In this document: positions 48,510-58,190 of the stretch, one piece after another | Layout: each line of letters starts with the position of its first letter | Numbering within the stretch: the first letter of the stretch is position 1 | Assembly: GCA_002347155.1 (NCBI GenBank) | Contig: DDXO01000113.1 | Span: 1,570-65,569, forward strand | Reading direction: 5' to 3' | DNA: 64,000 bases | Source of the DNA: a candidate division WOR-3 bacterium UBA2258 | GTDB lineage: Bacteria; Hydrothermota; Tepidihabitantia; Tepidihabitantales; Tepidihabitantaceae | Position numbers and translations under genes: made by a program | Notes under the pieces: model-generated | What the model was told of the DNA's origin: nothing | What the model saw: only the letters and a program-made list of their open reading frames with translations | The model's database searches: none

Positions 48510-49336
48510 GCCTCACCGCGACCGCCGCCGCCATCCGGGCCGAGATGGTCAAGACGATACGCATCTACTTCTCGTATCCCGTAATCGTAGTATTCTGGGC
48601 GATTTTCCCGGTGCTTTGGGTCCTGCCGTTCCTGTTCCAGGGCAAGGCGCTGGTGGGTTCCTACGACAGCGCCGCATTCGAGCGACTGACCGGCTCGGGC
48701 AACTACATGGCCTTCATTCTCATCGGCGCGATGGTGTCGAACTTCGTCTTCTCCGGACTCTGGGGAGTCGGCAACAGCCTGCGCGAGGAAACCTACTGGG
48801 GCACGATGGAGTACATTATCGCCTCGCCCACGCATCCGCTGGTCGTCCTCATCGGCAAAACCCTGGCCGAGGCCGCAGTGACAACGTGCATCGTGGCGCT
48901 GCAGGCGACCATCATCAGCCTGCTGCCGTTCGGCATTTCGTTCACCGTCGCCAAGGTGCTGCCCGTCCTGTTGCTCGTTGCCCTGCTGATGGTCGGGTTC
49001 TACGGCTTCGCCATCGCCTTTGCCGGCTTCACCCTGCTCATCAAAGAAGCCCACGGCTGGGTCCATACGCTGGAATGGGTCTTCTTTCTCTTCTCGCCCA
49101 TCCGTTACCCGGTCCAGGTGAACATCATCACCGAGTTCGTCAGCAAGCTGATACCGCTGACCTGGGCGCTTGTCGCCATCCGCGCCATCATCCTGCTCAA
49201 CCAGCGCGACGTCGGGCTCTGGAACATCGTCGGCATCCTGCTGGCGATGGATGCCGCGCTGCTTGTCGGCGGCTACTTCACGTTCGTGGCGCTTGAGCGC
49301 AAAACCCGGCGCGACGGCACCGTGGGGATGCATTAG
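48506..49336 (+). CDS. ABC-2 type transporter permease
   Basis: Six hydrophobic segments; operon with the upstream ATPase (4-nt overlap). Confidence 0.7.
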   Translation: MSLTATAAAIRAEMVKTIRIYFSYPVIVVFWAIFPVLWVLPFLFQGKALVGSYDSAAFERLTGSGNYMAFILIGAMVSNFVFSGLWGVGNSLREETYWGTMEYIIASPTHPLVVLIGKTLAEAAVTTCIVALQATIISLLPFGISFTVAKVLPVLLLVALLMVGFYGFAIAFAGFTLLIKEAHGWVHTLEWVFFLFSPIRYPVQVNIITEFVSKLIPLTWALVAIRAIILLNQRDVGLWNIVGILLAMDAALLVGGYFTFVALERKTRRDGTVGMH

Positions 49337-49361
49337 GAAAGTGACGAGCGACAGATTTCGA

Positions 49362-50249
49362 ATGACGAATGACGGAACCGGACAATCGACAGCCGACCCT
49401 TGTCATTCGTCACTCCCTCGGCGGTTGCGACACTACGCCAGCGCGGTCTGGGCCGAGAATATCAAAGAGTGGAAACTCGAACTTACCTACCCGCTCGACT
49501 TTCTCCGCAGCCTGATTGACCCGGTCGTCTACCTGCTGCCTTACGTCTTCTACGGCATCGCGCTCGTGGGCGGACGGTTTTCCCCGAACCTTGAGAAGCT
49601 CGTCGGGACCACCGACATCGTCAGTTTCATCACCATCGGCTACGTCTTCATCGGGTTCATGAACATGGCACTCTGGGCAATGGGATTCAGCCTGCGCAAG
49701 GAACAGATGTACGGCACGCTCGAAGCGGTCTTCGCCGCGCCGGTACCGCGGTGGATTTTCACGATGGGGATGTCCATGCACTCGATACTCCACCAGTTCC
49801 TTATGATTCTGGTGCAACTGCTTTTCATACTCGCGGTCTTCAGCCTCAAAGTCAACCCGCTCGGGTTGCTGCCGGCGCTGGCGATGATCGGCCTGATGCT
49901 GATCGCACTCTACGGTATCGGCATGATAATGGCTTCGACCACGCTGCTCTTCAAACAGGGCTGGCTCATCTCCGAGGCGCTCGGCAGCCTGCTGATGGTG
50001 GTGACGCCGATTGCCTACCCGCTCGCGGTCCTGCCGTTGTTCATGCAGAAGGTCGCGCTCGCGGTGCCGACCACCTACGGCATCCTCGCCTCGCGCCACT
50101 TCCTGATGGGCGAGCAGATGGGATTCTCGGTCCTGACCGCTTTCGTGCGCGTGGCGGTCCTGTGCATTGTCTGGGTTGTGTTCGGGCTCGTCGTCTTCGC
50201 CCTGATTGACCGCTACACCCGCCGCAGCGGAACGCTGAGTCACTACTGA
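49362..50249 (+). CDS. ABC-2 type transporter permease (second)
   Basis: Start trimmed to the ATG at 49362 (MTNDGTG...), because the longer track ORF overlaps the previous gene out of frame. Multiple TM segments. Confidence 0.6.
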   Translation: MTNDGTGQSTADPCHSSLPRRLRHYASAVWAENIKEWKLELTYPLDFLRSLIDPVVYLLPYVFYGIALVGGRFSPNLEKLVGTTDIVSFITIGYVFIGFMNMALWAMGFSLRKEQMYGTLEAVFAAPVPRWIFTMGMSMHSILHQFLMILVQLLFILAVFSLKVNPLGLLPALAMIGLMLIALYGIGMIMASTTLLFKQGWLISEALGSLLMVVTPIAYPLAVLPLFMQKVALAVPTTYGILASRHFLMGEQMGFSVLTAFVRVAVLCIVWVVFGLVVFALIDRYTRRSGTLSHY

Positions 50250-50347
50250 TGAGAAAGGGATCAAGGGACCAAGGGATCAAGGGGTCGAGTTCGGGCACTC
50301 TCTCCCTCTCTCCCTTTTTCCCTCTCTCCCTTCCTCTCGGCGTCTCC

Positions 50348-51289
50348 ATGGGCGACCCGGCCGGCATCGGGCCGGAGATAATTCTGAAGTCGCTGTCACG
50401 CATGCCACGGCTGCGCTGCCGCGTGTTCGGGTCGTTGGCCGTGTTCGAGCGCGAGCGGTCGCGGCTTGGCACCAAGGTTGACCTCTCGTCCGTTGAGGAT
50501 GTTGCCGGGCGGCTCGGCGTTTTCAGGATGGGCCGTGCCCAGCGGAACTGCGGCGCGGCCGCTCTTGCCTGCCTCGAGGCCGGCGTGCGGAAACTCAGAG
50601 CGGGCCACATTTCCGCGCTCGTCACCGGGCCGGTTTCCAAAGAGGCCCTGCGCATGGCCGGCTTCACGTGGCCGGGTCAGACCGAATTCCTTGCGGAACG
50701 GCTGGGCGCGAAACGTCACGCCATGCTGGCATGGACCCCGCGCTTCAAAGCCGTCTTCGTCACCATCCATGAACCGCTTGCCCGTGTATCCCGGCACATA
50801 ACCGCTGCCGCGGTGGCCGAGAAGGCCGGAATGCTTGACCGGTTCCTGCGCGACTCCGGCGTGGCCCGACCGCGAATCTGCGTGATGGCATTCAACCCGC
50901 ACGCGTTCGAGTTCAGCCTCGGCGAAGAGAAGCGGATTGCCGAAGGCATCGCCCGCGCCCGCCGCGCCGGCATCAACGCCGTCGGTCCCACCCCCGCCGA
51001 CGCCGCCGTGGCTGGATTGTCCCGGGTCCGCGATTCGTCATTCGGACTTCGGACTTCGGACTTGCCGTTCGACGGCTTCGTCGCCCTCTACCACGACCAG
51101 GCCATGATTCCGGCCAAACTGCTCGGCCGCGGTTCGGGGGTCAATGTCACGCTCGGACTCGGCCGCGTCCGCACCTCGCCTCTGCACGGCGTGGCCTTCG
51201 ACATCGCCGGCAAAGGCATCGCCTCGCCCGGTTCGATGCTCTCCGCTATCCGGCTGGCGCAAGGCCTCGGCCGGTCCGGTTCTCGCTAG
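50348..51289 (+). CDS. pdxA: 4-hydroxythreonine-4-phosphate dehydrogenase PdxA-family protein
   Basis: MGDPAGIGPEII N-terminal signature; ALYHDQAM; NVTLGLGRVRTSPLHG. Start trimmed to 50348. Confidence 0.8.
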   Translation: MGDPAGIGPEIILKSLSRMPRLRCRVFGSLAVFERERSRLGTKVDLSSVEDVAGRLGVFRMGRAQRNCGAAALACLEAGVRKLRAGHISALVTGPVSKEALRMAGFTWPGQTEFLAERLGAKRHAMLAWTPRFKAVFVTIHEPLARVSRHITAAAVAEKAGMLDRFLRDSGVARPRICVMAFNPHAFEFSLGEEKRIAEGIARARRAGINAVGPTPADAAVAGLSRVRDSSFGLRTSDLPFDGFVALYHDQAMIPAKLLGRGSGVNVTLGLGRVRTSPLHGVAFDIAGKGIASPGSMLSAIRLAQGLGRSGSR

Positions 51290-51523
51290 TTCACTTCAGG
51301 AAAAAAGAAGACAGGAGAGGCGGGGACGGCCGGGGTGGAAATCAGACGGCCATTTGATTTGACTATCTCATAGAATGGGTACATCCTAGGAGCTAGCGGA
51401 GGTTGAGATGCTCTTTGCCGCCTGACAAACCGTCCCCCGCCTCACCAGTCAGACATATAATTATACCCCCGGTACCGGGGCTGTAAAGCGGAGCCTGTTA
51501 TTCCTGACTTGGCCGAAGCCTTG

Positions 51524-52834
51524 TCAGAAACCGGCGTCGGCGCGGTCCTGGCCAGAGAACCGGTCCTGATAGCGGCGCCAGGCCTCCTGGCGGTGCCGCT
51601 CCATCTCTTCCACGACGTTCTGAGCTTCTTCATTCCGACCAAGGAACAGGAGCGAGTCGGCCAGCGTCACGTACGCTGACTGGTCGTAGTGGTTGAGCCG
51701 GGTGGCCCGGCGGCAGGCTTCAATCGCCCGGTAATAGTCCCCGTGTTCAAAGTAGAGCACCCCCAGCAGGCTGAGTGTATCCGCGCGTTCCGAATCCAGC
51801 TTGTTCGCCGCCTCGGCGGCCTCGATTGCCTGGTCGAGCTGACCGGACTCGTGGTGCAGGTTGGACAGCCTTATCAGCAGTTCCGGGTCATCCGGGTTGC
51901 GGCCGGTGAGCGTCTCCAGCGCGGCCCGGGCCTCGCGCCGCATGTGGAAATACTCGTAGAACCCGCTGGTCAGCTCCGGCTGGTTGCCGAAACGCTGTTT
52001 GATGGCCTCGTACCGGTCCAAGGCTTCGTCAAGCTTCCCCAACCGGCTGAGACAGTCCATCTGGTAGAAGTAAGGGGCGGGTTCGTCCGGCTCCTCGGCC
52101 ATCGCCCGGCCGAATTCGGTCGCGGCTTCCTCGACCATGCCGTCAAGGTAGTAGTCGCGGCCCAGCTTCTCGTGAGGGTTCTCGATGTCCGGGTCGATTG
52201 CCTTTGCCCGCACATATTCCTCGAGCGCGCTCTGGTACTCGCCGCTCATGGCGTAGGCGACGCCCAGCGAGACGCGGGCGCGGACGTTGTCGGAGTCGAG
52301 CTCCAGCGCCCGGCGGAAAGCAGCCACACCCTTCTCTTCGTCGCCCGAGTATTCATGCAGGATCCCAAGCCCGATATGTATGTCGAGGTCCTCGGGCAGG
52401 TGCCTCAGCGCCTGGTTGAACAGGTCCTCGGCGCGGGAGAAGTTCGAGAGGTACAGGTACCGGACCGCCTCGCAGGCAATCGTATACGGGTGCCGGGCGT
52501 CAACCTCGAGGGCGTGGGCGCACAGATCATCGAGCGTGTCCTCCTCGGACAACAGGTCAGCGCAGAGCGCGGCCAGATAGTGGATGTGCAGATTGCTGGG
52601 CGCGACGTGCAGGGCCTCGAGCAGAAGATCGAGCGCCTCGTCTTCATCCTCGCGGTAGAAGGCAGCCCGGGCCTGGCGGAACAGATGGCCGGCCGAATGG
52701 ACGCGGCCGGGCTCGGCCACTGCGCGCCTGTTAGCCTGACGGTCGCGGTGTCGGCGGGGACTGGGGACCGACTCCACGCTCAATTGTAGACATTTTCCGG
52801 CGGGATGCAATAACCGGTTGCTGGTCGCGTGCAA
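51524..52834 (-). CDS. TPR-repeat protein
   Basis: Multiple 34-aa TPR units (EEAQNVVEEMERH..., YYRAIEACRRATRLN..., LDEALDRYEAIKQRFG...). Confidence 0.65.
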   Translation of the reverse strand: MHATSNRLLHPAGKCLQLSVESVPSPRRHRDRQANRRAVAEPGRVHSAGHLFRQARAAFYREDEDEALDLLLEALHVAPSNLHIHYLAALCADLLSEEDTLDDLCAHALEVDARHPYTIACEAVRYLYLSNFSRAEDLFNQALRHLPEDLDIHIGLGILHEYSGDEEKGVAAFRRALELDSDNVRARVSLGVAYAMSGEYQSALEEYVRAKAIDPDIENPHEKLGRDYYLDGMVEEAATEFGRAMAEEPDEPAPYFYQMDCLSRLGKLDEALDRYEAIKQRFGNQPELTSGFYEYFHMRREARAALETLTGRNPDDPELLIRLSNLHHESGQLDQAIEAAEAANKLDSERADTLSLLGVLYFEHGDYYRAIEACRRATRLNHYDQSAYVTLADSLLFLGRNEEAQNVVEEMERHRQEAWRRYQDRFSGQDRADAGF

Positions 52835-52904
52835 ACGCGGAATCGCACGCCACGGAGGCGAGAATCGGACTACCGGGATGATGTGTCAGTCGTGCGCTGC
52901 GCGG

Positions 52905-53267
52905 CTACTCGCGGGGGCCGAGCCAGGCGTCGACGGGCTTGAGTGCGCCGAGGGCGTAGAGCAGGACGATGAGCAGGGTGTAGCCGGTGGCCGTTAGCAG
53001 GCTCAGGACGAGCTGGCGCCCGCGCATCTTCGGGGACTGGCCTGCCACCACGCCGGCTGTGCCCCGGGCCATCATCAGAATCCCCGCAGCGTTTGTCAGC
53101 CAGTAGCCCGCGATCATCGCCGGAGCGAAAAGCCGGCGCGAAACCAGGCTGACGAGGCTGGCAAAGACCCAGGCGAGCGGCAGATTTATGAACGTGTCGT
53201 TCCACCACGACAACGGGGAGAGCAGATAGCCGATGAAGGCCACAATCCCGGAGCCAATCCTGCGCAT
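52905..53267 (-). CDS. small membrane protein, hypothetical
   Basis: Three to four hydrophobic helices; 120 aa. Confidence 0.4.
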   Translation of the reverse strand: MRRIGSGIVAFIGYLLSPLSWWNDTFINLPLAWVFASLVSLVSRRLFAPAMIAGYWLTNAAGILMMARGTAGVVAGQSPKMRGRQLVLSLLTATGYTLLIVLLYALGALKPVDAWLGPRE

Positions 53268-54394
53268 AGCTCTCTAACATTACGGATTGAACCTTTATCG
53301 GTCAAGTCCTCACCGGTCGCTGCGATGCGAGTGGTAGGCGTCCGTGATCGATGCCGCATCAGACGTTCCACTGGTCCTCGCATCATGGTAGCCACTGTGT
53401 TCTTAACCGTTTCCCTCGCCGGGTACTGAACCGGGCCTCAAGCGGAATGTCCGACTGGACCTCAACCTTGACCCAAACCTTGATCCTCATTCCTGTCCGT
53501 CACTGGCCTTCGAACCTGTCCTCCAGCTCAACCTCGACCTTAGCATGACGCTGAACCCGGCATCGGTCCTCTCTTCCAAGCTCGCGCCGATCCTCAGGTT
53601 GAAACTCACGTAGTACCTGCAACCGGCTCTCAGAAGACTACCCTCCCGGCAATCCCTGGGCAGACCACCCCCGGGTCCTGATTGTGGTCTGGTGTGGTGC
53701 AGACATAATACGTAGATGGCGCTTCCTGCCGTCGCGGCCTTTGCCAACTCGTATCGGCCCTCTCCGCACGTCGATGGAGCCTGCGACGAGATCCGCGCGG
53801 GAGCCTAAGTCGCTTGACCGCAGCGTGATACGCAATCGGGGTACCGCGTACCGCTTTCCCGTATGATACATGCGCCATAGGGTACAGTGAGCAATTCAAT
53901 TGTCCGTCCGCATGGCGTCCACGCTCCGGCTCTTGCCTTCTGACCTTTTCTCCACTCGAGACTCTTCCCTCCGGCCAAGGGCCGCGCATGACCGGCTCGC
54001 AGCCGCCAGTTGCAGACGGCTCGACAGATAACTTGACTGATGCTTGACTGCTCGCCATGAGCTCACGGCGGGGAGCGGGCGCGCTGTCGGACAGGTGCCG
54101 CTGCGGCGAAGTCAGGGGCCCGGTACTGACCTTGACAAAGGCGCCGTGCTGAATAGCATAACTCCGTGCAGTGGTGCTGTCGGCGCGATTCGCCGCGCTC
54201 CGGTGCCCGGCCCGGAGGAGGACACCGAGCGTGATCCAATTCGAGCGGCGCCGCTTCTTTCCCGAGCGGCGGTACCGCCTGCCACTGCGCTGGGTTTTGT
54301 GGGGAGCAGTCGCGCTGCTGTTCCTTGTATTCATAGTAATCATGAAGCTGTTCAGATGAGGCCGAACTGCATTGACCCGAAAAGGAGTCGCTAG

Positions 54395-55582
54395 ATGACA
54401 AAACTTCACTGGAGCTATAAGGACGTGTTCCGCGCCCTGCGTCTCGGCTTCTCGGCCAAGAAGGTCTGGATGATGTCCCTCGGCCTGCTGGTCGGATTCG
54501 CGGGGTATACGATCCTCACCTACATCGCCTACGCGGTCGCCGGTACGGACTTTCTGGCAGTGTGGCAGACGTTCCGGCTGCTGCCGCTTCCGGCGCCGTT
54601 CGACTACCTATTCCCCTGGTATTCGTGGATAATCTCCGCCGCCGCGATGCTCTGGTTCCTCTGCTCGTTGCTCATTACCGGCACGGCCGTGTCCAAGGTC
54701 GCCTACGAGCAGTTACGCGGCGACGAGTTCTACGAGTCGCGAGAGGCGTTTCGTTTCGCGTTCCGGAACAGCCCGGCGGTGCTTTCGAGCCCGCTTCTGA
54801 TTCTGGCTTTCGTCGCCCTGATCGTCGCCTTCGGTCTCATCTTCAGCCTGCTCGGGGCGATACCGGCGGCAGGCGAGATCTTCGTCGGCCTGCTCGCAGT
54901 CTTGGCCTTCCTTGCGTCGCTGTTCATTGTCTATCTGCTCATCGTCTTCTGCTTCGCGCTGCTGCTCGGTCCGAGCGTCATCGGTGCCACTCACTCGGAC
55001 ACCTTCGACACCCTGTTCGAGGTGTTCTCCTGCGTAAACGAGCAACCGGCGCGCCTCATCTGGTACACCGCCACGACCTTGCTGCTCGCCAAGATGGGTT
55101 CGTTCCTGCTCGGGCTTGCGACCAGCGCCGCCGGCCGCATCGGCTACACGGTTACCGGGGTTTTCATGGGCGAGAAGCTGACCGACGTGATAGGTAATGC
55201 GGCCTACTACTTCAAGCTGGCCGTTCCGTACTGGTGTCCCCAGCTCTTCCATCGGGCCTTCCTCGCAGAGACGAACCTCTACGGCTTCCCCCAGATATAT
55301 CTTCCGAGCGAGTACGTAAACCTCGGGTGGAGCCACGACATCGCCTCTCTGCTGCTGGGCGCCCTGTTCTACCTCATCGCCATCATGGTCGTGGGATACG
55401 GCCTCTCGGTCTGGTTCACGGGCATGACGCTCAACTTCGCGGTCCTGGCCTACAAGAAGGACGAGAAGAACGTGCTGGAACTGCCCGAGGACGAGGAAGA
55501 GTTGATCGAGCCGGTGCCCAATCCCGAGCTTGATGACCTTAAGCCGAAGCCGGCATCAGAAGAGCCAGCAAACAAGGACTAG
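54395..55582 (+). CDS. polytopic membrane protein, hypothetical
   Basis: At least eight hydrophobic segments; acidic C-terminal tail. Confidence 0.5.
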   Translation: MTKLHWSYKDVFRALRLGFSAKKVWMMSLGLLVGFAGYTILTYIAYAVAGTDFLAVWQTFRLLPLPAPFDYLFPWYSWIISAAAMLWFLCSLLITGTAVSKVAYEQLRGDEFYESREAFRFAFRNSPAVLSSPLLILAFVALIVAFGLIFSLLGAIPAAGEIFVGLLAVLAFLASLFIVYLLIVFCFALLLGPSVIGATHSDTFDTLFEVFSCVNEQPARLIWYTATTLLLAKMGSFLLGLATSAAGRIGYTVTGVFMGEKLTDVIGNAAYYFKLAVPYWCPQLFHRAFLAETNLYGFPQIYLPSEYVNLGWSHDIASLLLGALFYLIAIMVVGYGLSVWFTGMTLNFAVLAYKKDEKNVLELPEDEEELIEPVPNPELDDLKPKPASEEPANKD

Positions 55583-55645
55583 CCTCGACCGGTAGAATAG
55601 TTAAATTAACGTCTTTCAATAACTTAGGTCCAAACGGAGCCGCGC

Positions 55646-57925
55646 TTGGCTGGCGGCTATAAGGTCGTAATTCAAGGCCAGGTCCAGGGCCTTGGTTTCA
55701 GACCTCATGTGTACCGGCTCTCGAAGACCTTGGGCGTACGGGGCTTTGTCACAAACTCGAACCTGGGTGTAGTCGTCGAGGCCCAAGGGAAGAACGCCAG
55801 GCGGTTCGTGCAGAAACTGACACTCAACCCACCGCCCTTGGCCGTGATAACCTCATTCCGAGTCAGCCGAACACGAAGTCGGCCCTATCCGGACTTCTCC
55901 ATCAAACCGAGCCGCGCCGACAAAGGTGCTGGCGTCGATGTGCTGCCCGACCTTGCCATCTGCCCGGACTGCCGCCGCGAGATACGCGACCCGGCCGACC
56001 GCCGGTACGGGTACGCCTTCACCAACTGCACGCAGTGCGGTCCCCGCTATTCGATTATCGAGCACCTCCCCTACGACCGGCCGAACACAACGATGGCGGG
56101 CTTCAGAATGTGCCCCGCGTGTCGGGGTGAATACGCCGACCCGGGCGACCGGCGCTATCATGCCCAGCCGATTGCTTGCCCGATCTGCGGCCCCGGGCTC
56201 GCGACCTCGCCGGCCAGCACGAAGCTGTCGCCAGTTGAAGCGGCGGCGCAGGCCCTGCTGGGCGGGAAGATAGTCGCGCTCAAAAGCTTGGGTGGCTTTC
56301 AACTCGCCTGTGACGCCACGAACGACCGTGCCGTGGAGCTGCTCCGGAGGCGAAAGCGCCGGCCAGCGAAGCCGTTCGCGCTGATGTGCGAGGGTATAAC
56401 GGTGACCCGGGGATTCTGCCGCGTCGCCCCGGCGGCAAGCGAAGTCATGCTCTCGGCCGCGGCGCCGATCGTCCTGCTGCCGAAGTCGCCCGACCCCGTT
56501 TTGCACGTGGCCGAAGCGGTCGCTCCGCGCAACCCCCGCCTCGGCGTGATGCTGCCCTACACACCACTGCATGTAGTCCTTTTTGAACGGCTGCGGCGCG
56601 CGAGCGGCAGGCCGGCAGTGCTGGTAATGACGAGCGCCAACCGCAAAGAAGACCCGATAGTCGCGGAGGAGAAGAGACTCGCCGAGGAACTCCCGGGCGT
56701 GCCTGACCTGGTACTCTCTCACAACCGCCCGATTGCCAATCGCTGCGATGATTCAGTGGTGATGGCCGAAGCAGGAGGGAAGTCTCCCCTGACATTCGTC
56801 CGGCGTGCTCGCGGCTATGCGCCGCAGCCCATCCCTCTGGGCCGGATGTTTCACGTGAAACGCCCGGTTCTCGCGGTCGGGGGCGAGTTCAAGAACACCT
56901 TTGCCTTGGCCTGCGGTGACCGGGCTTTCCTGAGCCCGCACATCGGCACGGTCGAAACCGCAGCCGGCGAGGCATTCTGGCGCGAGACCGTTGCGCGCTA
57001 TGTAGAGTGGACCGGCATCAGACCCGGCATGGTGGCCGCAGACCTTCACCCCGACTATGCGTCAACGCGGCTGGCAGAACGCTTGTCCAGCAACCTCGGG
57101 CTGCCGCTCCTGCGAGTGCAGCACCACTACGCGCACATCCTATCGGTCATGGCTGAACACGACCTTCATGGCCCGGTGCTGGGACTGGCGTTTGACGGAA
57201 CCGGGCACGGAACGGATGGCGCTATCTGGGGAGGCGAGTTCCTGTTGGTACAAGACAGAGCTAACTGGCAGCGGATAGGACATTTAGGCTATCTTCGTCT
57301 TGCCGAAGCCGGTGCCGGACTCGCGAACCCTGTTCGGGTAGCTCGGGCCTATCTAAGCCAGGCAGAAGCCTTTGCCGGCTCGAGCTCGCGCAGGCGTTCG
57401 GTGGTCTGGCATAAGCTTCCACAGACTTCTTCTGTCGGACGACTGTTCGATGCTGCGGCGGCGATAACCGGGGCCTGCGGAGCTGCGTCCTTCGACGGGG
57501 AAGCCCCCATCGCATTGGAGGCTTTGGCCGACCCCGCGGAGGAAAGGAGCTGGCCGTACAACGACCTGCTCGACCTGGAGGTCTACCCCGCGTTGTTGCG
57601 ACCGGAGCCGATTGTCCTCTTTGTTGCGCGTGAAACAGCGGCGGGCGCAGACGCGGCGGAGGTTGCGGCCCGGTTCCACAATACGCTGTCCGGTGCCGCT
57701 GTGCGGCTTGCCGACCTTCTGTGTGCGCGACACGGCGTCACGACCGTGTGTCTCTCGGGCGGTTCGTTCCAGAACTCGCTGCTCCGCCGACGGGTTGCTG
57801 CCGGACTCCGTTCCCGTGGGCGACGCGTGCACTGGAACCAGACCGTACCACTCAACGACGGCGGTATCTCCTACGGCCAGATCGCAGCCGCCGCCTGGGC
57901 ACAGCCGCCGTATCCGAATCGCTGA
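55646..57925 (+). CDS. hypF: [NiFe]-hydrogenase maturation carbamoyltransferase HypF
   Basis: Acylphosphatase-like N-terminus (VQGLGFRPHVYRL). Two Zn-finger motifs (CPDCRREIRDP...CTQCGPRYS; CPACRGEYADP...CPICGP). YrdC-like and Kae1-like C-terminal regions. ~760 aa. Confidence 0.85.
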   Translation: MAGGYKVVIQGQVQGLGFRPHVYRLSKTLGVRGFVTNSNLGVVVEAQGKNARRFVQKLTLNPPPLAVITSFRVSRTRSRPYPDFSIKPSRADKGAGVDVLPDLAICPDCRREIRDPADRRYGYAFTNCTQCGPRYSIIEHLPYDRPNTTMAGFRMCPACRGEYADPGDRRYHAQPIACPICGPGLATSPASTKLSPVEAAAQALLGGKIVALKSLGGFQLACDATNDRAVELLRRRKRRPAKPFALMCEGITVTRGFCRVAPAASEVMLSAAAPIVLLPKSPDPVLHVAEAVAPRNPRLGVMLPYTPLHVVLFERLRRASGRPAVLVMTSANRKEDPIVAEEKRLAEELPGVPDLVLSHNRPIANRCDDSVVMAEAGGKSPLTFVRRARGYAPQPIPLGRMFHVKRPVLAVGGEFKNTFALACGDRAFLSPHIGTVETAAGEAFWRETVARYVEWTGIRPGMVAADLHPDYASTRLAERLSSNLGLPLLRVQHHYAHILSVMAEHDLHGPVLGLAFDGTGHGTDGAIWGGEFLLVQDRANWQRIGHLGYLRLAEAGAGLANPVRVARAYLSQAEAFAGSSSRRRSVVWHKLPQTSSVGRLFDAAAAITGACGAASFDGEAPIALEALADPAEERSWPYNDLLDLEVYPALLRPEPIVLFVARETAAGADAAEVAARFHNTLSGAAVRLADLLCARHGVTTVCLSGGSFQNSLLRRRVAAGLRSRGRRVHWNQTVPLNDGGISYGQIAAAAWAQPPYPNR

Positions 57926-58105
57926 GGCTGCAGCCCCCGTCTTTTTTGCGCCGTGATGCGAGACTGAGCTTGACTCTCAGAGCCGCGGGTCTAGAATCGT
58001 CGCCGGCAGACTAGCGACCCTACAATTCGTTCCTTGTTGAATGCTGACGCGCCGTCGGCGTGTCGCCTTTTTGCCGCAGACGGGGGCATGCGCGAGAATG
58101 TGGGC

Positions 58106-58114
58106 GGTTTTGTG
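58106..58114 (-). promoter_or_regulatory. consensus DnaA box (TTATCCACA on the minus strand) 77 bp upstream of the dnaA start
   Basis: Perfect 9-mer tgtggataa on the plus strand. Confidence 0.5.
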
Positions 58115-58190
58115 GATAACCGGCTGGGCAGGTTTCTCGCTCGTTGTCGTAAAGGCTATTCAAACGTGGTTTTTCCGAAAGGGGCTGCAG

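Noticed and set aside
53630-54409. 259-aa minus-strand ORF in the 1.1-kb gap between the small membrane protein and the polytopic membrane protein
   Set aside because: Low-complexity Arg/Ser-rich translation with no motif. It more likely reflects a non-coding region. A 62-aa plus-strand ORF at 54171..54359 with a hydrophobic tail is possible but unsupported.
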